Positions 56,889 to 63,754 of a stretch of 63,754 bases of DNA are shown here, in pieces (within the stretch, counting starts at the first letter, position 1; every line of letters starts with the position of its first letter). The notes beneath the pieces are model-generated. The model did not search any database, was not told the origin of the DNA, and saw only the letters and a program-made list of their open reading frames with translations. The stretch covers positions 1-63,754 of the forward strand of contig JACGUG010000003.1 of NCBI GenBank assembly GCA_024256285.1. The letters are read 5' to 3'. The translations under genes were made by a program, and so were the position numbers. This stretch comes from an archaeon. Lineage in GTDB: Archaea > Thermoproteota > Nitrososphaeria > Nitrososphaerales > JACAEJ01.

Positions 56889-59113
56889 TACAACTCACCC
56901 ATACATCTTGGGATGGATAGTGACCAACGATCCCTTAAATCGGATACCATAATAGACATCAATTTATCACCTTTATAAGAGATTTCTAGTTCATCCCCTC
57001 CAACCCTACCTATTACACTAAATACAACATCGGAGTCTCTCATCATTCTTGAGAGTTCGTCTATATGGGTGCCGTCTGCCTCCATTATGAACCTGGAATG
57101 AGTCTCTGAGAAGAGGAGTTCGTCGATCCTTAGATCATGAGAAGGGATTTTAGAGCAATCGATGGATGCACCGATGCCCCCAGAGATGCACATCTCAGCC
57201 AAAGCTACCATCACCCCACCTTTTGATATATCATGCACAGCCTTTACAAGGCCTTTTCTTATGGCATCTTTGACTACATTCAAAGTCTTCTCCTCTTTGA
57301 GAAAGTCGATCTGAGGCACGGTTCCTCCAACCAACCCGTGGATATACTCGTAATACTCTGATCCGCCCATCTCTGATCTGGTCTCACCCACAATCACCAC
57401 GTAATCACCTTCATCCTTGAAGTCCATGGTGGTTATCCATCTCTCCTCATCTATCCTCCCTATGGCTGCTATAACAGGGGATGGCTTGATGGCTGTGTTC
57501 TTTACCTTATCCTCATTGTAAAAGCTGACCTTTCCCCCAACACATGGTAGCCCCATAGCCCTAGAATAGTCTGCCAAGCCTCTTACCGCCTCGCTGAAAG
57601 TCCAGAAGACCTCAGGATTTCCCGGGTCTCCGAATTGAAGGTGGTCCACGAAAGCCAAGGGCTCAGCACCTACAGAGATCAAGTTTCTGCATGCCTCTGA
57701 TAAGCATCCCGCTGCACCGTTGTAGGGATCGATGTAGCAGTGCTTGCTATCTCCATCTGCTTTTATAGCCAAGAAAGAGCCCTTGGGCAACCTCATTACG
57801 GCAGCGTCCCCCTGACCAGGCTTCACCACAGTCCTTATGCCCACCTCATGGTCGTACTGCTCATAAACCCATCTTTTACTGGCTATATTGGGAGAACCCA
57901 TCAACTTCAGTAATATTGATGAGAGATCGGATGGTAATTCTGGCTTTCTGATCTCTCTCAGATTCTTTATGTAATCTGGCTCGATCGATCTTCTATGAAT
58001 TATAGGTGCCTTGGCCAAGATCTTTGCTGGGATGCTGGCCAGCTCCACCCCCTTCACCTTGACGGCCAAGTTCCCACCATCGGTAACCTTCCCTATTATG
58101 CTGTATGGCAGTTCATACTTCTCAAATACCCTACAGACTTCTCCCTCATGCCCTTGCTCTACTATGAAGACCATCCTCTCTTGAGACTCTGATATCATTA
58201 TCTCGATGGGGCTAAGATCTTCCTCACGTAAGTGGACCTTTGATAGTTCGATCTCGATCCCACACCCACCTTTTTCAGCCATCTCCGATAGACCGGTAGT
58301 GAGGCCTCCCCCACCCAAGTCCTTAAGACCTCTAACATGGCCTTTTTCAACAGCTTCCAGTGTTGCTTCGATTATGAGTTTCTTCATAAAGGGGTCTGGA
58401 ATCTGGACTGCCGATCTCTCCGTTTCCGACTTCCCAGTCAATACCCTGGATGCAAATGTTACGCCATGAATGCCGTCCCTTCCAGTGCTGCCACCGACAA
58501 GTATCACACTGTCTCCATGATGCTTTGCCTCTGCAAGAACAAGATTCTCTATTCTGCCCAATCCGAGGCAGACTACGTCTACAAGGCAGTTTCTCTCAAA
58601 GCATTCATCGAACTCGACTTCCCCTGAAACCGTTGGCACGCCCACACAGTTGCCATAGTCAGAAATCCCTCTTACAACGTGCTTGAAGAGCCACCTAGAA
58701 TGAGAACTGTCCTCTATATTCCCAAACCTGAGAGAGTCTAGAAGGGCGATGGGCCTGGTGCCCATACAAAGGATGTCCCTCAAGACACCTCCTATCCCAG
58801 TCGCTGCCCCCCCATAAGGATCAATGGCAGATGGATGGTTATGGCTCTCTATGTGCAAAGTGACTACATAACCGTCTCCTATATCGACGACACCAGCATC
58901 GTATCCAGGTCCTATTATGACTCTAGGCCCTTCTGTCGGAAGTTGCTTTAAGATAGGGATGGATGACTTATAACTGCAGTGCTCTGACCATTCAGCATCT
59001 ATCATGGCCAACTCCAGATCGTTGGGCTTCCTCCCTAGCATCTTCCTAGCCTTGTCGATTTCATCTTCTGTCAAGTCCACAAAAATGGAGTGAGAGACGA
59101 CCAATTTCTTCAC
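56888..59113 (-). CDS. purL: FGAM synthase subunit PurL
   Basis: WSEHCSYKSS, ESHNHPS, GAATGIGG, SESQERM, GGKVSFYN, HDIS. Confidence 0.97.
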   Translation of the reverse strand: MKKLVVSHSIFVDLTEDEIDKARKMLGRKPNDLELAMIDAEWSEHCSYKSSIPILKQLPTEGPRVIIGPGYDAGVVDIGDGYVVTLHIESHNHPSAIDPYGGAATGIGGVLRDILCMGTRPIALLDSLRFGNIEDSSHSRWLFKHVVRGISDYGNCVGVPTVSGEVEFDECFERNCLVDVVCLGLGRIENLVLAEAKHHGDSVILVGGSTGRDGIHGVTFASRVLTGKSETERSAVQIPDPFMKKLIIEATLEAVEKGHVRGLKDLGGGGLTTGLSEMAEKGGCGIEIELSKVHLREEDLSPIEIMISESQERMVFIVEQGHEGEVCRVFEKYELPYSIIGKVTDGGNLAVKVKGVELASIPAKILAKAPIIHRRSIEPDYIKNLREIRKPELPSDLSSILLKLMGSPNIASKRWVYEQYDHEVGIRTVVKPGQGDAAVMRLPKGSFLAIKADGDSKHCYIDPYNGAAGCLSEACRNLISVGAEPLAFVDHLQFGDPGNPEVFWTFSEAVRGLADYSRAMGLPCVGGKVSFYNEDKVKNTAIKPSPVIAAIGRIDEERWITTMDFKDEGDYVVIVGETRSEMGGSEYYEYIHGLVGGTVPQIDFLKEEKTLNVVKDAIRKGLVKAVHDISKGGVMVALAEMCISGGIGASIDCSKIPSHDLRIDELLFSETHSRFIMEADGTHIDELSRMMRDSDVVFSVIGRVGGDELEISYKGDKLMSIMVSDLRDRWSLSIPRCMGEL

Positions 59114-59826
59114 CTTCTTCTCATATACTCGATCATGGATGTAAAGATCGACCTCCCATCATCACTCCCAAAAGGGCTCAAGATTCTCTCAGAAGCCCTC
59201 TCAGGGTGGGGCATCAAGCCCAAGACGTTGCCTTCAGTATTACATATACCTGCTATGTTATCCATAGAGCCGTTAGGATTCGCCTCATCTGTAGCCCTGC
59301 CATCTCCATCAACGTATTTGAGGACGATCTGATCCATATCATAGAGCTCTTTGAGATCACCTTCTTCGATGAAGTATCTCCCTTCATTATGAGCTATGGG
59401 CATCTTTAAGAGAGAATATCTTTTGAGGTCGTTGGTGAAGATAGATCTAAGGCTTACAACAGAGAGATTTACCCATTTACAGACGAACTTCAAAGAAGAG
59501 TTTCTTAAAAGAGCGCCTGAAAGAAGCCCAGCCTCTACCAGTATCTGAAAACCGTTGCATATTCCAAGGACTGGGTATCCATCCTTTGCCATCCTCTTTA
59601 CCTCTCTCATGATAGGGCTATGGGCAGCTATTATCCCTCCCCTCAACCTGTCGCCGTAAGAGAAGCCCCCAGGGAGTACCACCCCATCATAACCACTGAG
59701 GTCTTCACATCTATGCCAGACGAGGTCGGCTCTGATCTTCATGATGTCGTTTAAAACATGGAGCGTATCTAGATCGCAGTTGCTCCCAGGAAACTGTATG
59801 ACTGCGACCTTCATGCTACTCCCCAT
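59110..59826 (-). CDS. purQ: FGAM synthase glutaminase subunit
   Basis: FPGSNCD, PGGFSYGD, GICNGFQ, IAHNEG, MPHPER. Confidence 0.97.
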   Translation of the reverse strand: MGSSMKVAVIQFPGSNCDLDTLHVLNDIMKIRADLVWHRCEDLSGYDGVVLPGGFSYGDRLRGGIIAAHSPIMREVKRMAKDGYPVLGICNGFQILVEAGLLSGALLRNSSLKFVCKWVNLSVVSLRSIFTNDLKRYSLLKMPIAHNEGRYFIEEGDLKELYDMDQIVLKYVDGDGRATDEANPNGSMDNIAGICNTEGNVLGLMPHPERASERILSPFGSDDGRSIFTSMIEYMRRR

Positions 59827-60076
59827 CTAAGCTTATAGAGCATGTATGGGCTACAGGGTTGTAGACCCTTAGTTCATCACAGAGCTTTGATGTAATCTCC
59901 TTTGCATCTTCACCCGTCTCAGCATCGACCCACATCTTCAACAACTTCGCTGTTCTTACAACTCTGATCTGATCGTAGCCACCCTTGATCAGAAGGTCTT
60001 TGAGGATAGTCTCCCCCTCAGGGTCTCTAGCACTCGCTTTGTTCTCTATAACCACTTTGACAAGGTAAGTCTTCAT
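59816..60076 (-). CDS. purS: FGAM synthase subunit PurS
   Basis: DPEG, LYNP-like VYNPV; directly upstream of purQ. Confidence 0.93.
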   Translation of the reverse strand: MKTYLVKVVIENKASARDPEGETILKDLLIKGGYDQIRVVRTAKLLKMWVDAETGEDAKEITSKLCDELRVYNPVAHTCSISLDGE

Positions 60077-60181
60077 AGGTTTCTTTTCACCAAATAAGTA
60101 GAGGCGCAGTTATGGAAGGTAAAAACATACCTACATGATAATACTCTATGATATCCATTATAAACATTCCTTTAGATCGTT

Positions 60182-60661
60182 TTAGAGTCGAGCTACGATT
60201 CTATCGATGATCATGGGCATAAGAGGCAGAAGAAGAACGAAGAAGAGTATTAAAGCTGAAACTAAGGCAATTCCAGCGAAGACAGGATGGATGGCCATGA
60301 GCAGAGGTATCATGACTATACTTAAGATCACGATCAGAACCATGTAGCCTCCGTTCCTCACAACGATGTAGCGTTGCTTCCTTTCATGATTAGGCTTCTT
60401 CTCCGATGCAAGAATAGCGAGGGAGTCGACCGCAGATTTTCCATCGTAGGCAGCTTTGACGATGAAAGTGAGTATAGCGACCAAGAATATGAAGCTGATC
60501 AAAGGTGTTAGACCGTCCCCACCCGATATTTCAATGCTCAAGGGAATGAAGATGCTTACTGCGAAGAGCCATAGAAGGTAAGCCATGAAGATGTTCAAGA
60601 TGAAGGACGGGAAGCTGAGACTGAATTCCTTCCTAGCATCTTTAGGTGAACTCTTCTTCAT
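60182..60661 (-). CDS. Hypothetical membrane protein (about 4 TM), paralogue of 60939-61508
   Basis: Hydrophobic helices; IFIPLS...LISFIFLVAI...AVDSLA and ..HPVFAGI parallel the 189-aa protein. Confidence 0.7.
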   Translation of the reverse strand: MKKSSPKDARKEFSLSFPSFILNIFMAYLLWLFAVSIFIPLSIEISGGDGLTPLISFIFLVAILTFIVKAAYDGKSAVDSLAILASEKKPNHERKQRYIVVRNGGYMVLIVILSIVMIPLLMAIHPVFAGIALVSALILFFVLLLPLMPMIIDRIVARL

Positions 60662-60936
60662 CGTATAAATTCACTCTCCCCTGAAACCTGTCTAAAAAGG
60701 CGTGAGAGGACGATGTACAAGTAGATGAGGCTGAGAATGATAGCATACAAGAAGGAAGATAAGATCAGGATGGACCAAAACTCTTCAAAGTTAGGAAGCC
60801 AAGGTAAAAAGTAGGGCGCGATATTCTGTTCCACAAAGAGCCTCACCGAATCGTATTCAAACCAGACAAAAGTTATGAAGATAGCGTCTATCAGGAATAG
60901 AGGTAAAAAAATGAGGGAGAGGGTACGTAACTTCAA
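60658..60936 (-). CDS. Hypothetical two-TM membrane protein
   Basis: 92 aa with two hydrophobic segments; 4-nt overlap with the next gene. Confidence 0.65.
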   Translation of the reverse strand: MKLRTLSLIFLPLFLIDAIFITFVWFEYDSVRLFVEQNIAPYFLPWLPNFEEFWSILILSSFLYAIILSLIYLYIVLSRLFRQVSGESEFIR

Positions 60937-60938
60937 GC

Positions 60939-61508
60939 CTATTCAAGCCTCTTCGCCCACTCGCTGGCATAGCGTTCCACTATTTTTGATAATGCACGCC
61001 CAGATCGATATAGAGTTATGATTGCCCATATTACGATTATCAACAGTACTATTGCCGCCAATGATGGGTGTATTATGTTCAACTGTTGGGCGAATAGCAA
61101 GAATAACGCAGCCACCACCAGAACGTAAAGAAAACCTCGAAAAGCTGTCCTATACTTCCCCAACTCTTCTGGTGTTGCCTGTCCTAGCTTCCCAAAATGG
61201 TAAGCTGTAAAACCAGCGGCTGCATCTGCTACATCCCTCAACTCGCTTAAGATACCTATGACCAAGATCGCTATGGCGATCAAGATGATCAGACTGATTA
61301 GTTGTGTAACTGCGAAAGTTTGGATGAATAGTCCCTGAGAGATCGGAATGAACACGTAGTTACCTATGAGCCAGATCAATATAGCGACGGTTATACTTAT
61401 CCCGATCTTCGGAACACTGTCACGAAGTTCTTTTAAGGCTTTGGCATAGACTTCTTTCCCGAATTCCTCTGGAGTTTTTGCTTCTTCACTTTTTGCTTCT
61501 TCACTCAA
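60939..61508 (-). CDS. Hypothetical membrane protein (about 4 TM)
   Basis: Hydrophobic helices; VFIPIS...LISLIILIAI...VADAAA and ..HPSLAAI. Confidence 0.75.
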   Translation of the reverse strand: MSEEAKSEEAKTPEEFGKEVYAKALKELRDSVPKIGISITVAILIWLIGNYVFIPISQGLFIQTFAVTQLISLIILIAIAILVIGILSELRDVADAAAGFTAYHFGKLGQATPEELGKYRTAFRGFLYVLVVAALFLLFAQQLNIIHPSLAAIVLLIIVIWAIITLYRSGRALSKIVERYASEWAKRLE

Positions 61509-61698
61509 GGTTTATCAAACTATTGTCTGTTGAGTATGTTATTTATTTTTTGGTATGAAATTTCTTAAGGCTTCAAAAACCATCCAGATGCAAGGGCAAA
61601 GTCTCCAGCATATGAAAGGTTCGATCTCCCCAAACCCTCTCAATATAGTAAAACGATCTAAATATAATCATGTCTTTTCTATGCTCTGTTGGATAGCG

Positions 61699-62529
61699 AT
61701 GGCGAAAAAGTGCAATATTACCCATGTTGCTGTGTTTATAAAAGAGAGGCATAAGAGGGCAGAGGCGGTAGCCTCTCAACTCGTAGAGGCCCTATCAAAA
61801 GTTGGTATCGATACAACTACAGTTCTACCATTTAGATATAAATCGATTCGCTCCGTGAGTTCCATAAGAGAATTAAGAGGCATGGATGTAGATATCTTGG
61901 CTACAGTAGGGGGGGACGGTACGATTCTTAGGGCTTTACGGATGATGGATAGCGAAGTTCCAGTGCTTGGGGTAAACGTTGGAGGCAGAGGGGTCTTATC
62001 GGAGATATTGCCAAAGGAGATAGTTTCAGCGATCGGTAAGTTGATGAGGGGCGAGTACTTTTTAGATAGACGTTTACGCATCAGGTCTTCCACTGATGTT
62101 AAAATCTTTCCTCCAGTCCTTAACGAGGTTTTCTTCGACCGTGTTTCACGTCTATCCCTACCCACGGTGACTGTAAGAAGAGAACAAGATGTATTTTTAG
62201 AGCAGAAGATGGATGGGTTGATGGTAGCAACTCCTACTGGTACTACTGCCCACTCTTTCAGTGGAGGGGGTCCTGTAATCTATGAAGGGATGAGGTCTTT
62301 TCTTCTTATGCCCATCTTTCCATTGCTCAGACTGCCCCCCATAGTCCTCCCTCCAGAAACCATAGAAATCTCCTTCTCAGATGATTTTTATCTGGTCACC
62401 GATGGTCAAGAAGCATATACCATAAACGCTGGGGAATGGGTCAAGATCGCCGAACATGAGCGGGATGCTGTCTTCGTAAGGTTCAATAAGAGGATATTAC
62501 GCCAACTACATAATCTTGGCTTCAGTTAA
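61699..62529 (+). CDS. nadK: NAD(+) kinase
   Basis: GGDGT, GVNVG, LNE, DGLMVATPTGTTAHSFSGGGP. Start placed at MAKKC. Confidence 0.93.
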   Translation: MAKKCNITHVAVFIKERHKRAEAVASQLVEALSKVGIDTTTVLPFRYKSIRSVSSIRELRGMDVDILATVGGDGTILRALRMMDSEVPVLGVNVGGRGVLSEILPKEIVSAIGKLMRGEYFLDRRLRIRSSTDVKIFPPVLNEVFFDRVSRLSLPTVTVRREQDVFLEQKMDGLMVATPTGTTAHSFSGGGPVIYEGMRSFLLMPIFPLLRLPPIVLPPETIEISFSDDFYLVTDGQEAYTINAGEWVKIAEHERDAVFVRFNKRILRQLHNLGFS

Positions 62530-63049
62530 AGCTAGATCAAAAAGGGGAGCTTTGGTTCTAGATTCTACAGCATTTTATGCCGGCATACCCTCCACAGGCA
62601 TCTCCACCTATCATACAACTCCTCATGTTATCCGTGAAGTCTCCCATAATAGAGTATTGAAGATGGCCATCTCGGCTCTTATAGAAAGTGGCAAACTTAT
62701 CGTAACCGAGCCCAGCCACCCTTTAGTCGATGAGGTCAGACTGATGGCAAGCAGGAGTGGGGATGTCATAAAGCTATCAGATACAGACGTTTCTGTCGTT
62801 GCTCTTGGCCTTCAATTAAAGCGAGATGGATATAACGTTACAATCATATCGGACGACTACTCGATTCAGAACTTGGTCAATTTTTTTGAATTGAAGTTCT
62901 CCCCTGTAATGACGAGGGGAATTTCAAAAACCATAAGGTGGTTCACCTACTGTAGTGGCTGTGGCAAAGTCTTTCATAAAAGCGATGTTACAGTATGTGA
63001 TGTCTGCGGTACAAAGTTGAAGAGGAAGATGAGGAAAAGGCATTCATAA
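62516..63049 (+). CDS. nob1: Nob1-like PIN endonuclease with zinc ribbon
   Basis: LDSTAF, LSDTD, SDDYSIQN, CSGC...CDVCG. Confidence 0.9.
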   Translation: MASVKARSKRGALVLDSTAFYAGIPSTGISTYHTTPHVIREVSHNRVLKMAISALIESGKLIVTEPSHPLVDEVRLMASRSGDVIKLSDTDVSVVALGLQLKRDGYNVTIISDDYSIQNLVNFFELKFSPVMTRGISKTIRWFTYCSGCGKVFHKSDVTVCDVCGTKLKRKMRKRHS

Positions 63050-63129
63050 ATAATAAACATTAACTTAGAATCGTCAGAACCAATAGTTATCTTTTTAGGC
63101 AATCCCCTTTATGTAGAATATGAGATTAC

Positions 63130-63754
63130 ATGCTGCTTGGTGCTCATGTTTCTATCTCAGGGTCGATAGATAAGGCTGTTGACAGAGCAGAGCAGATGGG
63201 GTGCACGACTTTTCAGATATTCACAAGGAATCCAAGAGGCTGGAAGTTCGCTCCCCTAAATCAGGAAGATGTCGATGCTTTCATCAAGAAGTTGGAGATT
63301 CATGGGTTCAGTGTATCTGTGGCTCACATGCCCTATCTGCCAAATATCTCATCGCCCTCGGATGATGTCTATAAAAAATCGGTGGATACTCTCAAAGCAG
63401 AGCTCTTGAGATGTGGTCGATTGAGGATAAATTATCTTGTTACTCATCTAGGAAGTCATCTTGGTAGGGGTCGGGATGTAGGTATGAAGAGGGTAGCAGA
63501 TGCCTGCAATCAAGCCCTTTCTAGTGTGGATAACGATGTGATGCTTCTGCTCGAAAATACTGCTGGGGCGAAGAACAGCGTCGGCTCGGACTTTGAACAT
63601 ATGATATCCATCCTCGATCAGATAGAGCAGAGGGATCGGGTTGGAGTGTGCTTCGATACCTGCCATGCCTTTGCAGCAGGCTACGACTTGAGAAATAAGA
63701 AGGCTGTAAATGAGACTTTGAAGCTCTTCGATAAAATGATCGATCTTTCTAAAC
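63130..63754 (+). CDS. nfo: Endonuclease IV (AP endonuclease), runs off the window end
   Basis: MLLGAHVSISG, QIFTRNPR, HMPYLPN, HLGSH, LENTAG, CFDTCHAFAAG; absent from the track because no stop lies in the window. Confidence 0.93.
   Translation, partial: MLLGAHVSISGSIDKAVDRAEQMGCTTFQIFTRNPRGWKFAPLNQEDVDAFIKKLEIHGFSVSVAHMPYLPNISSPSDDVYKKSVDTLKAELLRCGRLRINYLVTHLGSHLGRGRDVGMKRVADACNQALSSVDNDVMLLLENTAGAKNSVGSDFEHMISILDQIEQRDRVGVCFDTCHAFAAGYDLRNKKAVNETLKLFDKMIDLSK

Noticed and set aside
1-63754. CRISPR array, transposase, integrase or rRNA
   Set aside because: No regularly spaced repeat-spacer series and no recognisable motifs for these were seen

Overview
Archaeal chromosome segment. Gene content and non-canonical tRNA introns point to the TACK group, and the gene order resembles non-ammonia-oxidising Nitrososphaeria; this placement is inference. 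Most of the window is housekeeping: SmAP3-tgtA, a PAC2 chaperone, a beta-CASP nuclease, the proteasome/exosome superoperon, a divergent Aeropyrum-type mevalonate trio (UbiD plus aconitase X subunits), HD dNTPase/tmk, pckG, htpX, queCED, pstSCAB, prs, two radical SAM enzymes, a GPN GTPase, an NAD/ADP-ribose/cobamide cluster, a ten-gene pur cluster, NAD kinase, Nob1 and endonuclease IV. There are three tRNAs: Phe with a D-loop intron, His with two introns, and Ala. The accessory stretch at about 23.7-39.5 kb holds small zinc-finger ORFs missed by the ORF track, a nonsense-interrupted DNA methyltransferase-Mrr fusion, other decayed genes and a SAM-methyltransferase/D-Ala-D-Ala-ligase-like fusion. 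The best candidates for undescribed biology are (1) a ribbon-helix-helix domain fused to an apparently degenerate alpha-ribazole kinase (CblS-like) domain beside cobO, (2) the methyltransferase-ATP-grasp fusion behind an Lrp regulator, (3) a purF pair with complementary degeneration, (4) a 68-bp perfect identity between pstA and pstC, and (5) window-wide enrichment of ATCGAT. No CRISPR array, integrase or transposase was seen. All family assignments come from motif recognition; no database search was run.
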